DNA of 64,000 bases from contig CAJMGO010000002.1 of NCBI GenBank assembly GCA_905212975.1, forward strand, positions 27,873 through 91,872, in the 5' to 3' direction. The stretch comes from an uncultured Bacillota bacterium. Lineage in GTDB: Bacteria; Bacillota_I; Bacilli_A; RF39; UBA660. Numbering within the stretch: position 1 is the first letter of the stretch; every line of letters begins with the position of its first letter. Shown here one piece after another: positions 50,002-59,672 of this stretch. The notes beneath the pieces were generated by a model. That model was not told the DNA's origin, did not search any database, and was given only the letters and a program-made list of their open reading frames with translations. A program made the translations under genes and the position numbers.

Positions 50002-51216
50002 ATGAAAAAGAAAAGAATTATTACATTTATCAGTATAATAATATTTATAATTTTAATTATTTGTTTGTTTTATTATTTTAATTTATATGAAAGAATTAGA
50101 TTAAAAATAAAAGGTTATTCTATAAAAGAACAAAATATAATAATAAATAAAGTAGATAATTTAAATACAATATATAAAAATAATTATATCCCTGAGTTAT
50201 ATGATATATTGAATAATAAAGATATGAAAAAGAATAATATAGAAAAATATATAAGTTATTATCAAAAAAATAATATAGAAGGAAATAAAGTTATTTTTAT
50301 GGTAAATAATAACTTAGAAAATGAACAATATAGTGATAAATTATATAATATAATAACATGTGAAAATTATGATAAAACTAATTTAGAAAAATATATTGAT
50401 TATATAAATAATTATCTAAATCAAGATAACTATTCATGTATAAGCGTTATAACACTTGCAGAAAATGATATTAAATTAGAATATAATGATGAATTATCTG
50501 AATTATTAAAAGAAAAATACTTTATAAAAAGTAATATAAATAGATATTTAGATTATAAGAATAAAAATAATAGTTTAAGTAATGAGGATATTATCAGAAA
50601 TGTAAACGCAAATATAGACTATAATTTTTATACAAATATAAAAAGTAGTGATATAAGTAAGGGCAAATTAATGATTGTAAATAAATACTATAATTTATCT
50701 TCAAGCTATAAAGGAGATTTAGTAGAAACAGGAAATTATAGCATAAATTCAAATTATAAAATGGATAGAGAAGCATTTGAAGCATATAAAAAATTATATG
50801 AAGATGCAGTAAAAAATAATTTACACATAAAAATTAGATCAGCATATAGATCTTACTTTGATCAACAATATATATATAATGGTTATGTAGCAAGAGATGG
50901 AAAAGCTGAATCAGATAGATATTCAGCTCGTGCTGGACACTCTGAACATCAAACAGGTCTTGCCATAGATATAAGTGCTGCAAGTGATTTATGGGGAGAT
51001 TTTTCTAAAACACAAGAATTTACATGGATGAAAGATAATAGTTATAAGTATGGATTTATATTAAGATATCCTAAAGATAAAGAATATATAACAGGATATA
51101 TGTATGAACCATGGCATTATAGATATGTAGGTGTTGATGTAGCAAAATACATATATGAGAATAATATTACTTATGATGAATATTATGCTTATTTTATAGA
51201 AAATAAAGGAGAATAA
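50002..51216 (+). CDS. Membrane-anchored D,D-carboxypeptidase (peptidase M15B, VanY-like)
   Basis: C-terminal SAYRSY...GHSEHQTGLAIDI...EPWHYRYVG is a VanY/M15 zinc-binding signature. N-terminal transmembrane helix and a repeat-rich linker. Confidence 0.7.
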   Translation: MKKKRIITFISIIIFIILIICLFYYFNLYERIRLKIKGYSIKEQNIIINKVDNLNTIYKNNYIPELYDILNNKDMKKNNIEKYISYYQKNNIEGNKVIFMVNNNLENEQYSDKLYNIITCENYDKTNLEKYIDYINNYLNQDNYSCISVITLAENDIKLEYNDELSELLKEKYFIKSNINRYLDYKNKNNSLSNEDIIRNVNANIDYNFYTNIKSSDISKGKLMIVNKYYNLSSSYKGDLVETGNYSINSNYKMDREAFEAYKKLYEDAVKNNLHIKIRSAYRSYFDQQYIYNGYVARDGKAESDRYSARAGHSEHQTGLAIDISAASDLWGDFSKTQEFTWMKDNSYKYGFILRYPKDKEYITGYMYEPWHYRYVGVDVAKYIYENNITYDEYYAYFIENKGE

Positions 51217-51218
51217 TT

Positions 51219-52103
51219 ATGAATGATATAATAATAATAGGAGCTGGTCCTGCAGGTATGACATCAGCAATATATGCTAAAAGAGCAGGATATAATCCTT
51301 TAGTACTTGAAAAAAATACATATGGTGGACAAATAATTAATTCAAGTGAAGTAGCAAATTATCCCGGAATAAAAAAAATAGATGGATATACTTTTGCTAC
51401 AAAAATATATGAACAATTAAAAGAATTAGAAATAGAAGTAAAACATGAAGAAGTAATAAATATTAAAAAAACTGATAAAACAATAAATGTTATAACAAAC
51501 AAAAATGAATATGAATGTAAATCAGTTATTATAGCAACAGGTCTTACAAAAAGAAAATTAAATATAGAAAATGAAGAAAAATTAATTGGCAAAGGAATAT
51601 CTTATTGCGCAACATGTGATGGAGCTTTCTTTAAAGAAAATGATGTTGCTGTAGTAGGTGGAGGTAATACAGCCCTAGAAGATGCAATATTTTTATCAAA
51701 TTATTGTAAGCATGTCTATTTAATAAATAGAACTGAAAACTTTAAAGCAGAAAAAAGTTTATTAGATTCATTTAAACAAAAAAATAATACAGAAATTATT
51801 ACTTCAGCAAATATAAAAAAATTAGTTGGAAAAGAAAAATTAGAAAAAATAGAGTTAGATAATGGGAAAATACTTAATATAAGTGGTTTATTTATAGCTA
51901 TAGGTCAGATTCCAAACTGTAATTTTGATATAGTTGAAAAAGAAAATGGATTTATTAAATCAAATGAAGAATGTACAACAAATATACCTGGTATATTTGT
52001 TGCAGGGGATATTAGAAATAAAAGTGTTAGACAAATAGTTACATCAGTATCAGATGGAGCTGTTGCTGCTATAAATGCAGTAAAATATATAGAAAAAATT
52101 TAA
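51219..52103 (+). CDS. trxB: Thioredoxin-disulfide reductase-like flavoprotein
   Basis: GAGPAG FAD motif, the CATCDG redox-active disulfide and a GGGNTA NADPH motif. 294 aa. Confidence 0.75.
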   Translation: MNDIIIIGAGPAGMTSAIYAKRAGYNPLVLEKNTYGGQIINSSEVANYPGIKKIDGYTFATKIYEQLKELEIEVKHEEVINIKKTDKTINVITNKNEYECKSVIIATGLTKRKLNIENEEKLIGKGISYCATCDGAFFKENDVAVVGGGNTALEDAIFLSNYCKHVYLINRTENFKAEKSLLDSFKQKNNTEIITSANIKKLVGKEKLEKIELDNGKILNISGLFIAIGQIPNCNFDIVEKENGFIKSNEECTTNIPGIFVAGDIRNKSVRQIVTSVSDGAVAAINAVKYIEKI

Positions 52104-52117
52104 GGAGTAAGAAGTTT

Positions 52118-52801
52118 ATGAGATGTTTAAAATGTGGATATGAAAATATAAGTAATTATAGATTTTGTAATAATTGTGGAAGTAAGTTAGAAAAAAATAA
52201 AAAGGGACTAGGTATAGCTTCTATGATAATTGGTATTATAACTTTAATATTATCGTTTATATTATCAATATTTATTTTACCAATATCAATTACAGGTCTT
52301 ATATTGGGTATTGTATGTAATACTAAATGTGGTCAGAAAGTAGCAGGTATTATATTAAATTCAATTAGTTTTATAACCTCTATATTAATGTTTTTTGTAA
52401 TAATGTTTTTTTCCGCTTTAGCGACATTAAATCCAATACAAGGAAATTTTGATTGTACAAGTGTTACAGATTCAAAAGATTATTTAATTACAATTAATTT
52501 TAATAAAGATAAAACCTTTTTATATGGACCATATAATGATTTAGAAAATAATCATATTAAAGGAACATATACATATAAGGATTTAAAAAAGACTAATTAT
52601 AGTAAACAATATAAATATTATGAAATAACACTTACTCCTGATGTAAAAGAAAGTATAAGTAATAATGAAAAAATCTATACAGATGATAAAAATTATACAT
52701 TTAAAGCAGAAATGGGTATAACAAAAGATAAAACAAATAAAAAACAAGGAGCGCTAATATTTTATAATACTTATAATACGTATTATTGTTATCAAAAATA
52801 A
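52118..52801 (+). CDS. Zinc-ribbon domain membrane protein
   Basis: CLKCGYEN...FCNNCGS, then two transmembrane helices and a C-terminal domain. Confidence 0.6.
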   Translation: MRCLKCGYENISNYRFCNNCGSKLEKNKKGLGIASMIIGIITLILSFILSIFILPISITGLILGIVCNTKCGQKVAGIILNSISFITSILMFFVIMFFSALATLNPIQGNFDCTSVTDSKDYLITINFNKDKTFLYGPYNDLENNHIKGTYTYKDLKKTNYSKQYKYYEITLTPDVKESISNNEKIYTDDKNYTFKAEMGITKDKTNKKQGALIFYNTYNTYYCYQK

Positions 52802-52824
52802 AAGAGTTTAAACTCTTTTATTTT
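52801..52824 (+). terminator. Rho-independent terminator
   Basis: AAAGAGTTTAAACTCTTT palindrome followed by TATTTT. Confidence 0.5.
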
Positions 52825-52954
52825 ATAATAATTTCATAAAATTAGTTACATTTAAAAATATTATAAATTTAAATTAATTTAAAAGGAAATCTAAAACTTT
52901 TTTGGTATATATAATAGTAGAAACTATTAGTTAAAAAAATGAGAGGAGTAAAAA

Positions 52955-53806
52955 ATGGAACAAGATAGAATGCACTTAATAAATAAAATTTTTAATAATG
53001 AAACAATAAGAACTGTATGGGATAAAGAGAAAGAAAAGTATTATATAAGTGTTGTTGATATAGTAGGTGTGATATCAGAAAGTGATAACCCTAGAAATTA
53101 TTGGAAAGTGTTAAAACACAGATTAAAAAAAGAAGGAAATGAGTCGGTTACAAATTGTAACCAACTGAAATTAAAATCTTCGGATGGTAAATATTATAAT
53201 ACTGATGTAGTTGATATTGAAGGAATGTTTAGAATAATAGAATCAATTCCAAGTAAAAATGCTGAACCAATAAAACAATGGTTAGCTAAATTAGGTAGTG
53301 AAAGAATTGATGAAGTATTTGATCCTTCAATTCCAGCACAAAGAGCAATTGATTTATATAGATCAAAAGGTTATGATGAAGCTTGGATTCAAAAAAGATT
53401 AAAAGGAATGCAAGATAGAAAAAAATTAACTGATGTCTGGAAAGATGGAGGAATAACTGAAAATAAAGAATATGCAATTCTTACAAATGAAATTTATAAA
53501 AGTTGGTCAGGAATGAGTGCTAAAGAATATAAAGAGTATAAAGGACTTAGAAAAGAATCTTTAAGAGATAATATGAGTGATATTGAAGTTACACTTGCTG
53601 ATTTAGGCGAAATTGCAACAAGAGAAATTGCTAAAAAACATAAACCAAAAGGTTTAAAAGAAAATATTGAAGTAGCAAAACAAGGTGGATCTGTTGCAAA
53701 TAATGCAAGAACTGATTTAGAAAGTAAAATTGGTGAAAGTGTTATTACTAAAAATAATGTTTTAAATTATGAATATAAAGAAGAAACTTTATTAGAAAAT
53801 AAATAA
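52955..53806 (+). CDS. Bro-N domain protein (DinD/antirepressor-like)
   Basis: N-terminal Bro-N-like segment (IRTVWDKEKEKYYISVVDIVGVISES..NPRNYW). Confidence 0.5.
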   Translation: MEQDRMHLINKIFNNETIRTVWDKEKEKYYISVVDIVGVISESDNPRNYWKVLKHRLKKEGNESVTNCNQLKLKSSDGKYYNTDVVDIEGMFRIIESIPSKNAEPIKQWLAKLGSERIDEVFDPSIPAQRAIDLYRSKGYDEAWIQKRLKGMQDRKKLTDVWKDGGITENKEYAILTNEIYKSWSGMSAKEYKEYKGLRKESLRDNMSDIEVTLADLGEIATREIAKKHKPKGLKENIEVAKQGGSVANNARTDLESKIGESVITKNNVLNYEYKEETLLENK

Positions 53807-53911
53807 AAATATAAAAAAATAGATATTTATTATGGTGAATTATTAATGCTTTTTCTAATAATTTTTTATAAAGTATTTGCTTTTTATTTCATATAATTAA
53901 TTGGTGATAGT

Positions 53912-54613
53912 ATGTTTAAAAAAATTTTCTCTTATTTATTTAAAGACTTCTATTTATTCACACTTGCATATTCAAATAACGTATTTCCAGAACCTTTAAG
54001 TAAAGAAGAAGAGGAAGAAGCAATAAAAAAATGTCTTTTAGGTGATAAAGAAGCAAGAGATAAATTAATAGAACATAATCTTAGATTAGTCGCACATATA
54101 GTAAAAAAATATGAACATAAACAAGCAGATTCAGATGACTTAATTAGTATAGGCACAATTGGGCTTATAAAAGGAATTGATTCATATTCTTATGAAAAAG
54201 GTACTAAAATAACTACATATTGCGCTAGATGTATAGAAAATGAAATATTGATGTATTTTAGAGGAGACAAAAAGAATAGTAAAAATATAAGTTTAAATGA
54301 AACAGTTGGTTTTGATAAAGAGGGTAACGAAATAAGTTTCTTAGATATTTTAAAAACACCAGACCCAGAATATGCCGAAAATATACATAATAAAGATAAT
54401 TTAAAATCACTAAAAGAGTATTTTAATGTATTAACTCCAAGAGAAAAAGAAATAATAATTAAAAGATATGGATTAGATGGAGAAGATGAAATAACACAAA
54501 AAGAAATAGCTAGTAAATTAAAAATATCTAGAAGTTATGTATCTAGAATAGAAAAAAGAGCTCTTACAAAATTGTTAAGGGAATTTATAAAAAATAAGAA
54601 TAATAGTTTATAA
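53912..54613 (+). CDS. sigK: Sporulation sigma factor pro-sigma-K
   Basis: NVFPEPLS...IEHNLRLVAHIVKKY...DLISIGTIGLIKGIDSY...ISRSYVSRIEKRAL are near-identical blocks to Bacillus/Clostridium SigK, including the pro-sequence. The gene is uninterrupted. Confidence 0.85.
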   Translation: MFKKIFSYLFKDFYLFTLAYSNNVFPEPLSKEEEEEAIKKCLLGDKEARDKLIEHNLRLVAHIVKKYEHKQADSDDLISIGTIGLIKGIDSYSYEKGTKITTYCARCIENEILMYFRGDKKNSKNISLNETVGFDKEGNEISFLDILKTPDPEYAENIHNKDNLKSLKEYFNVLTPREKEIIIKRYGLDGEDEITQKEIASKLKISRSYVSRIEKRALTKLLREFIKNKNNSL

Positions 54614-54689
54614 AGCAGATTATTTCTGCTTTTTTCTTGATAATAAAATTAATATGAAATATAATTACTTAAATAAAGGGTGTTTTATT

Positions 54690-55577
54690 ATGATTTTAAA
54701 TGTAAGTGGAAGATGCGATATTGTTGCATTTCATAAAGAATGGTTTATGAATAGATATAAGGCTGGTTTTGTTGATGTTAGAAATCCATTTAATCCTAAA
54801 TTAGTAAGTAGGATATATTTTAAAGATGTAGATTTGATATTATTTTGTACTAAAAATCCAATCCCTATATTGGATAATATAAAAGATATTGATAAACCAA
54901 TTTTATTTCATGTTACACTAACGCCATATAAAAGAGATATTGAACCATTTGTACCACCTAAAGGCAAAATAATTGAAGCAATAAAAAAATTATCAAATAT
55001 TATAGGCATTGATAATATATACATAAGATATGATCCTATATTTATAAGTGAAAAATACAATATTAATTATCATGTAAAATCATTTGATAATCTTTGTAAT
55101 TTATTAAATGGTTATGTAAAAAGTATAATTGTATCATTTATAGATGATTATAAAAATGTAAGAAAAAATAATAATATTTTAAAATTAAAACCATTCACTG
55201 AAAATGATTACAAAACAATAGGAGAACATTTTAGCAAAAGTGCATCTAAAAATGGAATGACTGTACAAACTTGTTTTGAAGATAGAAATTTAGCAGAATA
55301 TGGATTTAAAAAAAGAGATTGTATTTCACACGAATTAGCATATAAACTAACAGGTAAAATTTATAAAAGTGAATGGAAAGCTAGAAAAATGAGAAAATGT
55401 CACTGTGTAGAGATTGTTGATATTGGAGTATATAATACATGTAGACATTTTTGCAAATATTGTTATGCTAATTATGATGAAAAAAAAGTAAATGAAACTT
55501 TTAATAAACATAATGTACAATCATCATTATTAATAGGTGAATTAAAAAAAGAAGATATTGTTAAAGAAAGAAAATGA
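54690..55577 (+). CDS. DUF1848-family protein with a C-terminal Cys cluster
   Basis: N-terminus ILNVSGRCDIVAFHKEWFMNRYKAGFVDVRNPFNP resembles the DUF1848 signature. C-terminus CHC...C..C.YC. AAGGGTG Shine-Dalgarno sequence before ATG 54690. Confidence 0.5.
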   Translation: MILNVSGRCDIVAFHKEWFMNRYKAGFVDVRNPFNPKLVSRIYFKDVDLILFCTKNPIPILDNIKDIDKPILFHVTLTPYKRDIEPFVPPKGKIIEAIKKLSNIIGIDNIYIRYDPIFISEKYNINYHVKSFDNLCNLLNGYVKSIIVSFIDDYKNVRKNNNILKLKPFTENDYKTIGEHFSKSASKNGMTVQTCFEDRNLAEYGFKKRDCISHELAYKLTGKIYKSEWKARKMRKCHCVEIVDIGVYNTCRHFCKYCYANYDEKKVNETFNKHNVQSSLLIGELKKEDIVKERK

Positions 55578-55663
55578 AAAATAATGTGTTTAATATAGAA
55601 TAATTTAAATTCATGAATTTACATTAATTGATGTACGTGTTATAATTTAAAAAGGTGATTTAT

Positions 55664-57127
55664 ATGAGTAAAAGTAAAAGAAAAGCAAAAAAGGTGAGTA
55701 AAACATTAAAAATTGTAAGTTCCATTTTTGGAATTACATTATTAATTGTTAATATTTTGTTATTTTATATAATATTTGAATTAAATGTTATTCCTACAAA
55801 ATACTTTACAATAATATGTTGTGTTTTATTACCAATATTAATAATTTTAGAGATATTTTTAACTATACCTAAAATTAAAAGTAATATAAAGAAAGTTGCT
55901 ATAGGTATAAGTACAGTTTTTATAATTCTAATAAGTATAATATTATATTATTTATATAATACTAATGGATTTTTAAATAAATTTAGATTTAAGAATTATC
56001 AAATAGAAAGTTTTTATGTAATATCATTAAAAAATAATGGATATGAAAAACTAGATGATTTAAATAATTCAAGTATCGGTATTTTAGATCAAGATGATAA
56101 AGAGTACAAAGAAGCACTAAAGAAAATAGATGACAAAATAAATGTTGATTATAAAAATAATGATAATGCTGAAAATTTAATATATGATTTATTTAATGAT
56201 GATATAGATGCAATTATATTAGATGATAATTACAAAGATTATGCGGATGAACAGATAGAAGGATTTACTAACAAGACATTCGTTGTTTATACTGTAGAAA
56301 TTAAAACAGAGAAAAAAGATATTTCAAAAAAAGTAGATGTTTCAAGAGAATCATTTAATATTTATATAAGTGGTATAGATACATCTGGTGATATTACAAA
56401 TGTATCTAGAAGTGATGTTAATATGATAATGACAGTAAATCCAAATACAGGAAAGATGCTATTAACTTCAATTCCAAGAGATTATTATGTACAATTACAT
56501 GGAACAACCGGAAGAAAAGATAAGCTTACACATTCAGGTACATATGGTATTAATATGACAACGCAAACGGTAGAAGATTTACTTGGTATAGATATAAATT
56601 ATTATATTAGAGTAAATTTTACAACTCTAATTAAATTAGTTGATAAACTTGGTGGTATAGATGTATATTCAGATAAAGGATTTACTCCATGGACAAATAC
56701 TGCTATATATATACCAAAAGGTAATGTTCATATGAATGGAGAAATGGCACTTGCTTTTGCACGTGAAAGACATGCATACACTGAAGGAGATAGGCATAGA
56801 GTACAAAATCAACAAGATGTACTTGAAGCTGTATTTAAGAAACTAACAAAAACATCAACGCTAGTTAGTTCATATACAGGTATATTAGATACATTAGATG
56901 GAAGCTTTGAAACAAATATGAGTAAAGATACTATTACTTCTTTAGCTAAATTTCAAATAAACAAAATGCCATCATGGAATATAGAAAAAATAAGTGTAAA
57001 TGGTTCGGATAGCTCTAATTATACATACTCATATCCGGGTCAAAAATTATATGTTATGGAACCAGATATGCAAACAGTAACTGAAGCAAGTAATAAAATA
57101 AAAGAGGTATTGGGTAAAAAGGAGTAA
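55664..57127 (+). CDS. LytR-CpsA-Psr (LCP) family cell-wall polymer phosphotransferase
   Basis: LCP core (NMIMTVNPNTGKMLLTSIPRDYYV, LTHSGTYG, FARERH..GDRHRVQNQQ) with N-terminal transmembrane helices. Confidence 0.75.
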   Translation: MSKSKRKAKKVSKTLKIVSSIFGITLLIVNILLFYIIFELNVIPTKYFTIICCVLLPILIILEIFLTIPKIKSNIKKVAIGISTVFIILISIILYYLYNTNGFLNKFRFKNYQIESFYVISLKNNGYEKLDDLNNSSIGILDQDDKEYKEALKKIDDKINVDYKNNDNAENLIYDLFNDDIDAIILDDNYKDYADEQIEGFTNKTFVVYTVEIKTEKKDISKKVDVSRESFNIYISGIDTSGDITNVSRSDVNMIMTVNPNTGKMLLTSIPRDYYVQLHGTTGRKDKLTHSGTYGINMTTQTVEDLLGIDINYYIRVNFTTLIKLVDKLGGIDVYSDKGFTPWTNTAIYIPKGNVHMNGEMALAFARERHAYTEGDRHRVQNQQDVLEAVFKKLTKTSTLVSSYTGILDTLDGSFETNMSKDTITSLAKFQINKMPSWNIEKISVNGSDSSNYTYSYPGQKLYVMEPDMQTVTEASNKIKEVLGKKE

Positions 57128-57131
57128 GTTT

Positions 57132-58166
57132 ATGGGTAAAAAGGTAGTAAGTAGAAAAGTCAAAAAAATACCAGTTATTTTAACAATACTATTATTTTTA
57201 GTTGTATTTATTATGTTATTTCTTTTATACAAAGAAAGTGAAAAAAAGAATAAATATAAAGATAATGTAAAAAAATATATACAATTAGTTAATAAAAGTA
57301 TAAAAAATTCTATATATACTTATGAAAGTAAATATTCTTTATACAAGAATTTATTATATTCTCTTGATGATAAAGAAAGTTTAATAATTGATTTTAAAGG
57401 TGATTTTCCTAAATTAGGAAGTGAATTAACTATAAAAGAAAATGTTGTTGTAAGCGCAAATATATATATAGAAAACTATAAAGTAATATATAAAAACAGT
57501 AAATTATCTATAAAATATAGCAAAAATAAACAAACAAATAAAGAAGTTTTGGAAGAATTATTATCAAAATTAGAAAAGAAAGATAAAGTATCTTCAATTG
57601 AGTATAAAATAATTGAAATAGGGTTAAAATCTAATAAAGATTCTAATTTAGAAAGTAGATTAGAAAAATTAAAGGATCACATATCGTATTCAATAGGAGA
57701 AGAAATTAAATATAATCCAATAGAAAATAAAATTTGTGAAAATGGTGATGATTGTTACACTTTTAACATAATAAAAGAAACAGATGATAAAGTATTGATG
57801 ATATTGAATAAAAATCTTAATAATTCGAACACTGCTTGGTATGAAAATACAAATGATAATTCAAAAGGTAATCAAACGGCAAATAAAACATTAAAAACTA
57901 TAACAAATAACTGGAAGGTTGATTCAAGACTTTTGAGTTACGAAGAAGCATTAGATTTAGGATGCTCAAGTAAAAAGGAAAGTTGTCCAATTTGGCTTTA
58001 TCAAAATCTTAATGGTGTAAGAGGTTTTTGGACATCATCTAGCAGAAATAATAAAACCAGTGCATGGTATATAAGTAATAATGGTTCAATTAGATCTTAT
58101 AGTGTAAATAGTGATTTATTTATAATAAGACCAGTTGTAGAAATTGACAAATCTATACTACGATAA
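57132..58166 (+). CDS. Membrane-anchored hypothetical protein with a possible C-terminal DUF1566-like domain
   Basis: N-terminal transmembrane helix. The C-terminus has W.SS...AWY....G.....SVNSDLFIIRPVV, the kind of motif seen in DUF1566/Lcl-C-terminal domains. Starts 5 nt after the LCP stop. Confidence 0.4.
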   Translation: MGKKVVSRKVKKIPVILTILLFLVVFIMLFLLYKESEKKNKYKDNVKKYIQLVNKSIKNSIYTYESKYSLYKNLLYSLDDKESLIIDFKGDFPKLGSELTIKENVVVSANIYIENYKVIYKNSKLSIKYSKNKQTNKEVLEELLSKLEKKDKVSSIEYKIIEIGLKSNKDSNLESRLEKLKDHISYSIGEEIKYNPIENKICENGDDCYTFNIIKETDDKVLMILNKNLNNSNTAWYENTNDNSKGNQTANKTLKTITNNWKVDSRLLSYEEALDLGCSSKKESCPIWLYQNLNGVRGFWTSSSRNNKTSAWYISNNGSIRSYSVNSDLFIIRPVVEIDKSILR

Positions 58167-58264
58167 TATTACATTTTATATGTAATATTTTTTTTTATTA
58201 AAGAAATATATTTCAAATTAAATTATTTTGTGTTAAAATCAAATAAGAATAGGTGGTATATTTT

Positions 58265-58960
58265 ATGAAATGTAATAATTGTGGTAATAATCTTTTGCCT
58301 GGTGCAAATTTTTGCACTAAATGTGGTAGTAAAATAATAGTGGAACAACCAGTTACTAACACATTCTTTAATCAAACTGATTTAAACAATGAAAAGGTAA
58401 ATAATTTACTGGAAGAAAATAGAGAGCATACTTTCTTTGATGGTGGTTATAATGCTCCAGTTTATAAAAGAAAAATAGAAAATAAAAGCGGTATAGCTGC
58501 TACAATAGTGGGAATTGTAATTTGCATTATAATAGTTGGAATAGCAATATTTTTAGCATATAGAGTTCTAAACAAAGATAACGGAAAAGATAGCAATATA
58601 ATAAAATGTTCTATTAAAAATGATTATGTAAATTCTGATGTTACAATGTCATTTGATGACAATGGAATTTATAAGGTGTCAGGTAAACTTATTGTCCAAA
58701 ATGTAGAAGATACATCTGGTATGAGTGAGACAGAATTGCAATCAATTACATATCATTCATTTTTATATCTTAGCTTGGCGGGATTAGATGAAGATGAAGG
58801 TGCGAATGTATCGCATAATGAAACAGAAAAAACAAGTACAATTAAATATGATATTGAAAAGAAAAAAATGAAAGATACATCTTATTTTGAAGACTACGAT
58901 GGTATGTCAAAAAAAGATATAATAAATGAATATGAAGGAAATGGATATACATGTAAATAA
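58265..58960 (+). CDS. Zinc-ribbon domain membrane protein
   Basis: MKCNNCGNNLLPGANFCTKCGSK followed by one transmembrane helix and a C-terminal domain. The tracked ORF begins at the upstream GTG 58253. Confidence 0.6.
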   Translation: MKCNNCGNNLLPGANFCTKCGSKIIVEQPVTNTFFNQTDLNNEKVNNLLEENREHTFFDGGYNAPVYKRKIENKSGIAATIVGIVICIIIVGIAIFLAYRVLNKDNGKDSNIIKCSIKNDYVNSDVTMSFDDNGIYKVSGKLIVQNVEDTSGMSETELQSITYHSFLYLSLAGLDEDEGANVSHNETEKTSTIKYDIEKKKMKDTSYFEDYDGMSKKDIINEYEGNGYTCK

Positions 58961-58961
58961 A

Positions 58962-58992
58962 AAAAGAGTTCTCTAACTCTCTTTTTTTAATA
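58962..58992. terminator. Bidirectional terminator between the zinc-ribbon gene and convergent clpP
   Basis: AAAGAG..CTCTTT hairpin followed by TTTTTTT. Local coordinates may be off by 1-2 nt. Confidence 0.45.
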
Positions 58993-59554
58993 TTTTATCA
59001 ATTAAACCATATTCCTTTGCCTCTTCAGAAGAAAGAAAATAATCTCTATCAGTATCTTTTTCAATTATTTTAATATCTTTACCAGTATTATGAGATAAAA
59101 TATTATTTAATTTGTCTCTTAATTTTAATATTCTATTTGCTGCAATTTTAATTTCACTTGCTTGACCTTGAGCACCACCAAGTGGTTGATGAATCATAAC
59201 TTCGCTATTTGGAAGACAATATCTTTTTCCTTTTTCTCCACTTGAAAGTAAAAAAGCACCCATGCTTGCAGCCATTCCAATGCATATTGTAGAAACATCC
59301 GATTTTATAAAATTCATAGTATCATATATTGCCATACCACCCGTAACACTTCCTCCTGGCGAATTAATATATATAGAAATATCGTCATGATTTAAAGAAT
59401 CTAAATATAATAATTGAGCAACTATTGTATTAGAATTTATATCATCTATTTCACCATATAAATATATAATTCTGTCTTTTAATAATCTAGAATAAATATC
59501 GTATACCCTTTCTCCATTATTATTTTTTTCAATTACTGATGGAACTAAACTCAC
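58973..59554 (-). CDS. clpP: ATP-dependent Clp protease proteolytic subunit
   Basis: [26 protein letters not shown] (catalytic Ser) and MIHQPLGG (His). Start taken at GTG ([10 protein letters not shown]) with a GAGAGGGTG Shine-Dalgarno sequence, giving 193 aa. The tracked ORF extends further upstream with no matching N-terminus. Confidence 0.85.
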   Translation of the reverse strand: MSLVPSVIEKNNNGERVYDIYSRLLKDRIIYLYGEIDDINSNTIVAQLLYLDSLNHDDISIYINSPGGSVTGGMAIYDTMNFIKSDVSTICIGMAASMGAFLLSSGEKGKRYCLPNSEVMIHQPLGGAQGQASEIKIAANRILKLRDKLNNILSHNTGKDIKIIEKDTDRDYFLSSEEAKEYGLIDKILKKES

Positions 59555-59613
59555 ATAATCACCCTCTCTATATTTATGATAGTTAATATTAGTCTTTTTA
59601 TTCAAAAAAAAAT

Positions 59614-59642
59614 GTGACAAAATATTAATATTTTGGTATACT
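59614..59642 (+). promoter_or_regulatory. Sigma-A-type promoter: GTGACA, 17-nt spacer, TATACT
   Basis: -35 at 59614-59619 and -10 at 59637-59642, 30 nt upstream of the ATG 59673. Confidence 0.45.
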
Positions 59643-59672
59643 ATAAATATATAAGAATAGAGGGATATAATT

